From positions 1 to 61,034 of the forward strand of contig JAUVIV010000002.1 of the NCBI GenBank assembly GCA_030592575.1: 61,034 bases of DNA, given 5' to 3'. The notes under the pieces were generated by a model. It searched no databases. It saw only the letters and a program-made list of their open reading frames with translations, and was not told the origin of the DNA. The DNA comes from a bacterium (GTDB lineage: Bacteria; Hydrothermota; UBA3073; JACQXS01). Positions 9,442 to 17,743 of this stretch are shown one piece after another (the first letter of the stretch is position 1; each line of letters begins with the position of its first letter). Position numbers and translations under genes: made by a program.

Positions 9442-10074
9442 ATGAAACAAAAACCTTATTGGCCGAATAATACTATTTACTTTCTTACCTGTTCTACATT
9501 TCTTCACTATCCTTATTTTAGAGAAGATGAGCAAAAACAAATTGTCTTGAATCAAATTGAGAAAGTGCAAAACCTTTTAAAAGATAACCATCGGCTAAAG
9601 CCGTGTAGAAGTAGTCTTCTACCCCACTTTGACAAAGAGCTAATTTATAGTATAGCCATTAATCATTATTATTTAAAATTTTATCTTGAAAACGGTCTAT
9701 TGTTGGCTAAAATCAAACAAGTAATGCATGGAGGAACTACTTTTGAATACAAAAAGAGATATAAGATGCATTACAAAGATATGTGGCAAAGTTCCAAGAT
9801 TATAAGAATTATTTCAGAGGAAATGGATTGGAAAGTAACAGGATATATAATTGGCAATTTATTGAAACACAAGGAACTAAGCACTTTTGAGGAGTTAGCA
9901 GAGAATCCTTTTTCGAGTTACCAAAAAATAGTAACAGAATACGATGAAGAATTTGCTCGTGAATTGGTCTATAGTGTAATTAATGTAGATGAGAATGCAG
10001 ATGGAGTAATTGATGTCAAAGAATTAATAAAGAGTAGGCTAAAGCTTTTAAGACCCTCGACTAAAGCCGGGTAG
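9442..10074 (+). CDS. RAYT-like (HUH/Y1 transposase superfamily) protein, apparently decayed
   Basis: NTIYFLTCSTF.., IAINHYYLKF (HUH position reads H-Y-Y), GYIIGNLLKHKEL (Y1-like YIxxNxxK); flanked and invaded by family-B repeats; stop codon lies in a repeat. Confidence 0.4.
   Translation: MKQKPYWPNNTIYFLTCSTFLHYPYFREDEQKQIVLNQIEKVQNLLKDNHRLKPCRSSLLPHFDKELIYSIAINHYYLKFYLENGLLLAKIKQVMHGGTTFEYKKRYKMHYKDMWQSSKIIRIISEEMDWKVTGYIIGNLLKHKELSTFEELAENPFSSYQKIVTEYDEEFARELVYSVINVDENADGVIDVKELIKSRLKLLRPSTKAG
9592..9633 (+). repeat. family-B REP-like element inside the RAYT-like ORF
   Basis: CGGCTAAAGCCGTGTAGAAG..TTCTACCCCACTTTGAC; translated in frame as HRLKPCRSSLLPHFD. Confidence 0.55.
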
Positions 10075-10106
10075 AAATGGGATTCTACCGCACTTTAGTG
10101 CAGGGT
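10057..10106 (+). repeat. family-B REP-like element
   Basis: CTCGACTAAAGCCGGGTAGAA..TTCTACCGCACTTTAGTGCAGGGT; supplies the last codons and the TAG stop of ORF 9442..10074. Confidence 0.65.
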
Positions 10107-10122
10107 TTAAATGAGTATATCG

Positions 10123-10240
10123 GAAAATCAGAATACCAGAATGAGATACTCAGAGAATCAGAATATTAGAGATTCTTTTTATCTGACCTTCTGATGTCTG
10201 AATTCTTCATCTGATAATCTGGTATCTTGATACGCTTTTC
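10123..10240. repeat. imperfect inverted-repeat (MITE-like) element rich in CAGAAT/ATTCTG
   Basis: Left arm ..ATCAGAATACCAGAATGAGATACTCAGAGAATCAGAAT.. pairs imperfectly with right arm ..TCTGAATTCTTCATCTGATAATCTGGTATCTTGAT.. Confidence 0.4.
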
Positions 10241-10250
10241 AAGATTAATC

Positions 10251-10272
10251 CTCGGCTAAAGCCGGGTAGAAC
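10251..10272 (+). repeat. family-B half element (CGGCTAAAGCCG-GGTAGAA)
   Basis: Same module as at 9592 and 10057; lies immediately upstream of the RBS of the 10287 gene. Confidence 0.55.
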
Positions 10273-10286
10273 AGGAGGCTATTATT

Positions 10287-11741
10287 ATGATACTTTTAAT
10301 TGGATTTCTTTTGATGGCGGATACTACCTACGCAACTGGGAATTTTGGTGGTAGGTTATCAATCAAACTTCCTTCATTGGGTGCTATGAATTTAGGATAT
10401 ACTAATCCGTCTCTTGCTAAAGGACTTGCCGGATTCATCTCAAATCCTGCGGCACTTTCCTATATTGAAGACAAGAACTTTTCAAGTACTGTAGGGTTTG
10501 GTTCAGAAGTTAATCTTAAACTAAACCATACATTTGATATGAAAGAACTTGGAAAGGTTAGCATTCCTCTTGATTTTGCCTTTGGTCAGCCGGTAAGCAT
10601 GAATACGATAGCTTTTGGTGCTAATCTTGGAGGTTGGATAATTGGACTTGGATTTATGGAGGAATTTGGAGTAAGACTAAATACTACTGGAGAAGTCAAA
10701 TTGTGTCATACACTTAATGATACGATTCATTATACTATAACAAATGCTGACATACCGGAAATTCCCGAAGAAGATACTATCCCGATTGCACTGAGTTTTA
10801 GAAGTCCTGTTGAGCTATCTCTTATAGGAAATGGAAACCTTGATTATTCAGAGAATAAAATTTTTTTAGGTATTGCTCGTCAATCATCAGGTTGGTTTAA
10901 AATGGGAGCCGGTATCAGATATAAACCGATTAAAGGAAAAGTTTTACTTGGTTCGGTAGCAAATGTTAACGCACCTTGTACATTAGAATGTCAAACAACT
11001 CAAGTAGGATGGACAATTAAAGGAATGGGAACTACGCATATTAATGAAGATGTGTTTTCTACATTATGGGAAGGGAATGTAACAGGAAATGAATTCGGGT
11101 TTGTTGGTGGAATAATATTGGATTTAGGAATATTAAAATTATCAGGCACATTAGAAGGAACATCAGCAACTACTTTAAAAACTGAAGGTGGAAGTAAATT
11201 AACTTGCATAAATGATATTCCATCAATAGATTCAATTTATTTTGATAGTGTAACAGTTGATACTGTTAATAATGAAATAAGTGGAGCAATAGGAGTAAAA
11301 CTTTCTGAATTCCCTGACACCACAGAAACGAATAACTGGGAAAATGAATCTTATGAATTAGAGGGAAAAATTGGAATAACTCTTGGAAGTGCAATTAAAC
11401 TTGGTCCCTTTACAGCCGGATTAGCTGTTGGAGTAAGTACTTTAGAGGAAATCTGGTTAAGTGGAGGATTTGAGTCTAGGTTATTGTTTCCTTTAAGAGC
11501 TAATTTTGAGCTTAGGAATAAATTTTATCATATTAAAGGAGAAAAGAAGATCCCAATGCCCTATATGGTAATGGGAATAGGAAGTTCTTTGCAGATTAAA
11601 AACTTGAATCTGGATTTTGGATTAAGGACAAATTCTTTCCATACATTGGCTTCCGTTGCCGAGACGGTAAAAGAAGAAGAACTACCAGGATTATTTGAAT
11701 TGTTTTCCCCAATGATAGGAATAAACCTCAAATTTGAATAA
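10287..11741 (+). CDS. hypothetical outer-membrane protein
   Basis: AGGAGG RBS; N-terminus MILLIGFLLMADTTYATG duplicated from/with the 8764 gene; beta-rich; ends ..GINLKFE. Confidence 0.5.
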   Translation: MILLIGFLLMADTTYATGNFGGRLSIKLPSLGAMNLGYTNPSLAKGLAGFISNPAALSYIEDKNFSSTVGFGSEVNLKLNHTFDMKELGKVSIPLDFAFGQPVSMNTIAFGANLGGWIIGLGFMEEFGVRLNTTGEVKLCHTLNDTIHYTITNADIPEIPEEDTIPIALSFRSPVELSLIGNGNLDYSENKIFLGIARQSSGWFKMGAGIRYKPIKGKVLLGSVANVNAPCTLECQTTQVGWTIKGMGTTHINEDVFSTLWEGNVTGNEFGFVGGIILDLGILKLSGTLEGTSATTLKTEGGSKLTCINDIPSIDSIYFDSVTVDTVNNEISGAIGVKLSEFPDTTETNNWENESYELEGKIGITLGSAIKLGPFTAGLAVGVSTLEEIWLSGGFESRLLFPLRANFELRNKFYHIKGEKKIPMPYMVMGIGSSLQIKNLNLDFGLRTNSFHTLASVAETVKEEELPGLFELFSPMIGINLKFE

Positions 11742-11811
11742 GAAATTACAAATATCTATTTTTGTGATTTAATACATTTTATGGAAAGAGTTTGCAGAAA
11801 AGAAGGAATAA

Positions 11812-12558
11812 ATGATCTGTTTGATATTTCTTAGTTTGATAACTTATAATAATACAATGAAAGTAATTGTAGATAAGATAGCAGAAAAACGCAAAAGCTT
11901 AGAATATAAAATAAAAGACACAAAGCTCACAATAGAGAGAGAAATTTATACAAACAACAAATATGGAATACCGGCAACTATAACAATTTACAGAAAAAGA
12001 GAAAAAGTTCGTATTGAATCAAAAGAACAAAGAGGAGAAGTTACAGCGATAAGCAACGGTAAAAACTCTTGTATTACATGGCCTGACGATACAGTAAAAT
12101 TATCATCAGTATTTGATGGTCTTCAAGTATGGAAACCATCAATAGCTGTCCAAATGTGTAGACCTGATAATCCTAATTCACCGTGTTTAATAATGCCACG
12201 AGAGCCAATATCAGTATGGTATCTTAATATACCTGTTCATAAATCAAAAATAATCGGCGAAGAAAAAATCAAAGGCAGAAAATCTTGGGTTGTATCAATA
12301 GAAGATACTACCTCAATATTTGGAAAATTATGGATAGACAAAGAATTATTTGCTGTAGTAAAAGGGGAAACTCAGGGAAAGCACAAAATTACTGTATTAT
12401 GGCATGATTTCAGAGAAACTCCTGACTTGGGAGTTATACCTCATATAATGGAAGAAGAATTTTCCTTATTTCCGAGTGGTAAATGCTTAGAGGTATTCAC
12501 AGTGAAAAACATAGAAATAAATCTTGGTTTATCAGATACTTTATTTGAACTCAAATAG
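11812..12558 (+). CDS. hypothetical protein, possibly LolA-like lipoprotein-sorting fold
   Basis: Hydrophobic N-terminus; motif pattern ..KGRKSWVVSIED..GKLWIDKELFAVVKGE.. resembles LolA-like proteins; weak call. Confidence 0.35.
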   Translation: MICLIFLSLITYNNTMKVIVDKIAEKRKSLEYKIKDTKLTIEREIYTNNKYGIPATITIYRKREKVRIESKEQRGEVTAISNGKNSCITWPDDTVKLSSVFDGLQVWKPSIAVQMCRPDNPNSPCLIMPREPISVWYLNIPVHKSKIIGEEKIKGRKSWVVSIEDTTSIFGKLWIDKELFAVVKGETQGKHKITVLWHDFRETPDLGVIPHIMEEEFSLFPSGKCLEVFTVKNIEINLGLSDTLFELK

Positions 12559-12570
12559 CACACAACATAA

Positions 12571-13680
12571 ATGAAAAAGATTTTAATAGTAACCGGTGAG
12601 GTTTCCGGAGACCTACACGGTGCACTTCTAATCAAAGAGCTCAAAAAACTCATTCCGAATTTAAAAGTATTTGGCATAGGAGGCGAAAAACTTAAAGAAG
12701 AAGGAGTAGAGCTTGTACACCATATAAATGATATAGCTGTAGTTGGTATTTTAGAAGTTATCCCAAAGTTTTTTCGTATAAAACAAGCTATGAATACTCT
12801 TTATCAAAAAATGCTCTCAGAACGACCGGATGTATGCTTATTGATTGATTATCCGGGATTTAACTTGAGGTTTGCAAAATTAGCTAAAAAACAAGGTGTC
12901 AAAGTGGTTTATTATATTCTACCTCAGATTTGGGCTTGGGGTAAATGGAGACTCAAGTCAATCCGCCAATTAATAGATAAAGGAATTTCAATTCTTCCCT
13001 TTGAGCGTGAATTTTATAATATAGGAGCAGTTAGCGAACCGCCCATGCAAATTGAGTTCATAGGACATCCACTGCTGGATATAATACAAAAATCAGAAGT
13101 CAGAAACCAAAAATCAGAAACGATAGCACTTCTGCCAGGGTCACGAAAAGATGAAATAAAACGCATCTTACCTATAATGCTTGAATGCGTAAAAGAGATG
13201 CCTGAGTTTGAGTTCGTTCTTCCGATAGCTCCGGGAATCGATAAATCTTGGATTAAAGAATTCGTAGGGGCAATTCGCGAATTGCCCTTAAATCGCATAA
13301 GAATAGTAGAAGGCAAAACTTATGAAATATTAAGAAACTCAAAGCTTGCACTTATCGCTTCCGGAACTGCCACTCTTGAAGCGTGCATACTTGAAGTTCC
13401 AATGATAATAATTTATAAACTTCAATTCCTTTCTTATGTTTTTGGGCGATTACTTGTTAAAACGCAATGGATTGGGCTTCCAAATATAATTGCCGGGAAA
13501 AAAATTGTGCCAGAATTCATTCAATCTAATGCAAAGCCCGAAAAAATTATAAAAGCTGCAAAACAAATATTGAAAACCAGAGAACAGTCAGTATCAGAAT
13601 TAAGAGAAGTAAAAAAGAAACTTGGTTCTACGGGAGCAGTTCACAGAGCAGCTGAAATTTTATATAAATTCATTTTTTGA
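12571..13680 (+). CDS. lpxB: lipid-A-disaccharide synthase
   Basis: N-terminus KILIVTGEVSGDLHGALLIKELK; ..LLPGSR.. and ..ASGTATLE.. motifs; ~369 aa. Confidence 0.85.
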   Translation: MKKILIVTGEVSGDLHGALLIKELKKLIPNLKVFGIGGEKLKEEGVELVHHINDIAVVGILEVIPKFFRIKQAMNTLYQKMLSERPDVCLLIDYPGFNLRFAKLAKKQGVKVVYYILPQIWAWGKWRLKSIRQLIDKGISILPFEREFYNIGAVSEPPMQIEFIGHPLLDIIQKSEVRNQKSETIALLPGSRKDEIKRILPIMLECVKEMPEFEFVLPIAPGIDKSWIKEFVGAIRELPLNRIRIVEGKTYEILRNSKLALIASGTATLEACILEVPMIIIYKLQFLSYVFGRLLVKTQWIGLPNIIAGKKIVPEFIQSNAKPEKIIKAAKQILKTREQSVSELREVKKKLGSTGAVHRAAEILYKFIF

Positions 13681-13699
13681 GCCACCAATACAATTTTTT

Positions 13700-13767
13700 A
13701 ACCACGAATTATACGAATAGGCACGAATTAAAACCAAAAAACTTTTTTTCGTATTCATTAGTGGTTC
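13700..13767. repeat. inverted-repeat element AACCACGAATTATACGAA...TTCGTATTCATTAGTGGTT
   Basis: ~19-nt imperfect inverted arms; creates the spurious N-terminal extension (..TNYTNRHEL..) of ORF 13677. Confidence 0.5.
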
Positions 13768-13838
13768 CAATTTTTTTGTCCTCTGTGGTTAACAATCTTT
13801 CTCTTGACTTTTCGGAGATGCGTAATATTTATAAAAAA

Positions 13839-14567
13839 ATGGAAATATTCTTTTTTATAATAGGTGCCTGCTTTGGTAGTTTTTTCAATGTTTGCAGATA
13901 CCGTCTTCCACGAAAAAAATCAATTGCCTCTCCCCCGTCTCATTGTCCACAATGCAAACAGTCAATAAAATGGTACGATAACATTCCCATTTTATCTTAC
14001 TGTTTACTTAGAGGAAAGTGCAGGTACTGTCGCAACAAGATACCTTTAACCTACTTAATAATTGAACTTATATCTGCTACGGTTTTTCTTATTACTTTCT
14101 TGAAGTTTGGATTGTCTATAGAACTTCCCATATATTTAACTTTTTTTTCATTGCTTATAATAGGTTCGGCTATTGATGCGGAAATAGAGCTAATTCCTGA
14201 TGCTATTACTCTGCCCGGAATTATATTAGGACTTGCAACAAGTTTCTTTACGATAGGTATTTTGCGTTCTCTTTTGGGTGGTGTAGTAGGAGCGGTAATT
14301 GTTTTAGCATTTGCCGGATTGGGAAAATTACTCTTTAAAAAAGAAGCAATGGGTGGAGGGGACGTAAAACTTCTTGCTATGATGGGATGTTTTGTAGGAT
14401 GGGGTGATGCACTATGGATTCTATTTTTAGCTTCTCTTATAGGATTAGTTTTCGGACTAATTCTAAGAAAATCTATAATCAAGTTTGGTCCATTCTTATC
14501 TATGGCAAGTTTTATAATTATTATAGTTGGGTCTCCTTCAAGATTCCTTTTGTACATACCTGCATAA
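13839..14567 (+). CDS. pilD: prepilin peptidase (A24 family)
   Basis: Zn-finger-like CPQCKQ..CRYCRNKI; catalytic-Asp context GGGDVKLLAMMG; multiple TM segments; ATG at 13839 (MEIFFFIIGACFGSF) preferred over 13677. Confidence 0.85.
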   Translation: MEIFFFIIGACFGSFFNVCRYRLPRKKSIASPPSHCPQCKQSIKWYDNIPILSYCLLRGKCRYCRNKIPLTYLIIELISATVFLITFLKFGLSIELPIYLTFFSLLIIGSAIDAEIELIPDAITLPGIILGLATSFFTIGILRSLLGGVVGAVIVLAFAGLGKLLFKKEAMGGGDVKLLAMMGCFVGWGDALWILFLASLIGLVFGLILRKSIIKFGPFLSMASFIIIIVGSPSRFLLYIPA

Positions 14568-14598
14568 CCCACGAAATAGATTATATAAAAATACCCTC

Positions 14599-14626
14599 TT
14601 GACAAATTAATTTTCATAAGTATATT
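14599..14626 (+). promoter_or_regulatory. sigma-70-like promoter candidate (TTGACA-16-TATATT)
   Basis: TTGACA at 14599..14604 and TATATT at 14621..14626, upstream of the regulator gene start at 14662. Confidence 0.35.
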
Positions 14627-14661
14627 CAATATAAAGTTTGTATATATATATATATAATATA

Positions 14662-16071
14662 ATGAAAAATATTTTTGAAGCACTTTACGAGATATCGCAG
14701 GTTCTCAATTCTACTCTTGATTCACAAGAACTTCTCACAAAAATGATAGACCTTGTGATTCAACACACAAAAGCGGAAAGAGGTTTTATTTTCATAAAAG
14801 GTGGCTTGAATATTGCTCGGAATATGGAAAAAGAAACAATAGGTGAATGTATGTCTAAAGCAGTAGTTCGTGAAGTATATGAAGACAAAAAACATCTTCT
14901 TACTGTTGATGCACAGATTGAGCCACGTTTTCAAGGAAGTGAAAGCATTCTAAGAGGCAAAGTTCGTTCTATATGTGCAGTTCCATTGATTCATTCCGGC
15001 AATGCACAGGGAATTATTTATGTGGATTCAAGTTTAAAACAAGGAATGTTTGACGAGAATATACTACATTTTCTTGAGCTTTTTTCAAATATTGCCTCTT
15101 TATCTCTTGTGAATGCTACAAAATTTGATGAATTAAAACAAGAAACTATGACTCTTCAGGGTCAAGGTATTGGAGAGCTAATAGGAGTAAGTGAACCGAT
15201 GCAAGTAGTTTTTGACTTAATTAAAAAAGCTGCTGCTACTTCCTGTCCGGTTTTCATTCGTGGAGAATCAGGAACTGGCAAAGAGCTCGCAGCTCGTGCA
15301 ATTCACACATATAGTGAACGTGCAAAGAATGAATTTGTGCCACTTTATTGTGGAGGATTGCCGGAAAGTCTTATAGAATCAGAGCTTTTTGGATATAAGA
15401 AAGGAGCGTTCACAGGAGCTAACCAGGATAAAAAAGGACTTTTCGAATCAGCTAATCAAGGAGATATATTTCTTGATGAAATTTGCGATATCTCAATGAC
15501 AGTTCAAGTAAAGCTACTTCGTGTGCTTCAGGAAGGAGAAATCAGAAGGATTGGAGACACAAAACTTATAAAAGTTGATGTCCGAATAATATCTGCAACA
15601 AACAAGGATCCTTTAACAGAAATTAAAGAAAAGCAATTCAGAGAGGATTTATATTACAGGTTAAATGTCTTGGAAATCAAACTCCCACCACTTAGAGAGA
15701 GAAAAGCAGATATTTCTCTGCTTGCAAATTATTTTCTTGAAAAATATGGCAAAAGATACAAAAAAGAAGGAATCACATTTTCAAAGTCAGCAATTAAAAA
15801 ATTAGAAAGTTTAAAATGGCCTGGAAATGTAAGACAACTTGAGAACTCTGTACAACGAATATTAGTTACTACAAATGAAAACCCTATTTCGGAAAGTGCA
15901 ATCTTTGAAGAATCATCAAGTGAACCAGAGCCAACCTTAGATAATACGGGAAAAGAACTTATTCTTAAAAGATTAAAAGCTTACGGAGGAAATAAATCCA
16001 AAACCGCACGAAGTTTAGACATTTCCTTAAGAACTCTTTATTATAAATTGAAAGAATGGGGAGAAATGTAA
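14662..16071 (+). CDS. sigma-54-dependent transcriptional activator with N-terminal GAF domain
   Basis: Walker A GESGTGKE; GAFTGA loop; ESELFGY; C-terminal Fis-type HTH (GGNKSKTARSLDISLRTLYYKLKEWG). Confidence 0.85.
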   Translation: MKNIFEALYEISQVLNSTLDSQELLTKMIDLVIQHTKAERGFIFIKGGLNIARNMEKETIGECMSKAVVREVYEDKKHLLTVDAQIEPRFQGSESILRGKVRSICAVPLIHSGNAQGIIYVDSSLKQGMFDENILHFLELFSNIASLSLVNATKFDELKQETMTLQGQGIGELIGVSEPMQVVFDLIKKAAATSCPVFIRGESGTGKELAARAIHTYSERAKNEFVPLYCGGLPESLIESELFGYKKGAFTGANQDKKGLFESANQGDIFLDEICDISMTVQVKLLRVLQEGEIRRIGDTKLIKVDVRIISATNKDPLTEIKEKQFREDLYYRLNVLEIKLPPLRERKADISLLANYFLEKYGKRYKKEGITFSKSAIKKLESLKWPGNVRQLENSVQRILVTTNENPISESAIFEESSSEPEPTLDNTGKELILKRLKAYGGNKSKTARSLDISLRTLYYKLKEWGEM

Positions 16072-16093
16072 AGAGAAATAAATAAGACATAAA

Positions 16094-17575
16094 ATGAAAA
16101 GATGGGGATTTTTGATAGTGTTGGGAACTTGCAATTTGTATGGACAATGGGAAGCAGATAAAAGATTAACTGATTATCCCTATCCTAACTATGGTAGCTA
16201 CAATAATGCGTGGACAATAGTAGTGCAGGATACTATGGTGCATATCGTATGGGAACATAAAGAGATAACTAATGGTCCAGGTGAGCTTTATTATATAAGG
16301 TCGAGCAATTCAGGGAGTAGCTTTGAGCAGGATAAACCGCTAACTACAGAGGATTCTCATTGTCCTTCGGTAGCAGTTTCTGGTTCAATAGTTCATGTAG
16401 TTTGGGTAGACAAACGTGATGGTAACTGGGAGATATATTACAAGCGGTCAGTTAATAATGGTGAGACTTGGGGAATAGATAAGAAGTTACTTAATGCCCT
16501 TAACTCATGGTCTCCTTCGATAGCAGTTCGTGATTCAATAGTTCATGTAGTTTGGCAGGATTATCGTGATGACAGCTACCCGGAGATATATTACAAGCGG
16601 TCAGTTAATAATGGTGAGACATGGGAAGCTGATGAGAGACTAACCAATGACTCTGCTTCCTCATATAATCCTTCGGTAGCAGTTTCTGATTCAATAGTTC
16701 ATATTGTTTGGCAAGATTGGCGGGATAAGAACTGGAAAATATATTATAAACGGTCAATAGATGATGGAGAGACCTGGGGGATAGATGAGAGGATAAGTAG
16801 TAATGACCCTGCTTTCTCAAGGTATCCTTCGATAGCAGTTTGTGATTCAATAGTTCATGTGGTTTGGTATGATGAGCGGGATAGCAACAAGGAGATATAT
16901 TACAAGCGGTCAGTTAATAATGGGATACTTTGGGAAGATGATGAGAGGCTAACTAATGATACTGATAGTTCATCGTATCCTTCAATAGCAGTTTGTGATT
17001 CAGCAGTTCATGTAGTGTGGATGGATAATCGGGATGGCAACGAGGAGATATATTACAAGCGGTCAGTTGATAATGGGATACTTTGGGAAACCGACGAGAG
17101 ACTGACTAATGCTGCCTATTTGGCTGATCATGTTTCTGTAGCATGTTGGGATTGTTTTTATGATTATGATGTTCATATAGCATGGACAGATTATCGTAAT
17201 GGCTACCCGGAGATATATTACAAGCATCATAAATGTGAGGGTACAGATGTGAAGGAGAGAGATTCTTCGCCTTCGCCTCAGAATGACAAGTTAGAGATAT
17301 ATCCGAACCCATCTATCGGGAAAATCGTTATTCGTTATTTGTTAAGCGAAAATCGAAACAGTTATACAATTAACAATTTACGATTAACTATTCATGATAT
17401 ATCTGGCAGATTAGTAAAAACACTTTATTCCGGAACGCAGGAAAAAGGTGAACATACAATTAACATAAATAATGTAGGGACACGCCATAGCATGTCTCTA
17501 CCCAAAGGTATTTACTTTGTGAAAATGGAGACAAGTAATTTCAAGATAAAGAAAAAACTGACGATACTAAGATAG
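16094..17575 (+). CDS. BNR/Asp-box repeat beta-propeller protein with T9SS C-terminal sorting domain
   Basis: About 7 repeats of SIVHVVWxDxRDxNxEIYYKRSxxxGxTW (Asp-box SxDxGxTW variants); C-terminus ..GIYFVKMETSNFKIKKKLTILR. Confidence 0.7.
   Translation: MKRWGFLIVLGTCNLYGQWEADKRLTDYPYPNYGSYNNAWTIVVQDTMVHIVWEHKEITNGPGELYYIRSSNSGSSFEQDKPLTTEDSHCPSVAVSGSIVHVVWVDKRDGNWEIYYKRSVNNGETWGIDKKLLNALNSWSPSIAVRDSIVHVVWQDYRDDSYPEIYYKRSVNNGETWEADERLTNDSASSYNPSVAVSDSIVHIVWQDWRDKNWKIYYKRSIDDGETWGIDERISSNDPAFSRYPSIAVCDSIVHVVWYDERDSNKEIYYKRSVNNGILWEDDERLTNDTDSSSYPSIAVCDSAVHVVWMDNRDGNEEIYYKRSVDNGILWETDERLTNAAYLADHVSVACWDCFYDYDVHIAWTDYRNGYPEIYYKHHKCEGTDVKERDSSPSPQNDKLEIYPNPSIGKIVIRYLLSENRNSYTINNLRLTIHDISGRLVKTLYSGTQEKGEHTININNVGTRHSMSLPKGIYFVKMETSNFKIKKKLTILR
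17474..17501. repeat. decayed 28-bp GTAGGGACA..TCTCTAC palindrome inside a T9SS C-terminal domain
   Basis: GTAGGGACACGCCATAGCATGTCTCTAC; same length and termini as the perfect palindromes at 42656 and 43582; encodes VGTRHSMSLP. Confidence 0.5.
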
Positions 17576-17669
17576 TTAAAAAGATAGTCGGATGGTCTTA
17601 TGGTCATATTGTCGTATAGTTGGATGGAGGTTAGCATAGGAGATAGAGAGTTCTCTATAAAAAATAAAC

Positions 17670-17724
17670 GGGTAGGTTGAAGCCCTCGCTTCAACCTGAT
17701 GAGAGCAAAAGCTCTCATCTACCC
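17670..17724 (-). repeat. family-A double-hairpin REP-like element (inverted copy)
   Basis: GGGTAG-GTTGAAGC-cctc-GCTTCAAC..GATGAGAGC-aaaa-GCTCTCATC-TACCC; reverse complement of 51501..51555. Confidence 0.7.
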
Positions 17725-17743
17725 ATCAAAAAAACAGAAAAAA

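Noticed and set aside
13677-13838. 54-codon N-terminal extension of pilD
   Set aside because: It is encoded by an inverted-repeat element (..TNYTNRHEL..), and prepilin peptidase homology starts at MEIFFFIIGACFGSF.
14051-14683. 210-aa minus-strand ORF opposite pilD
   Set aside because: It is antisense to a gene with clear A24 peptidase motifs, and its P/I/S-rich composition is typical of a reverse-frame artefact.
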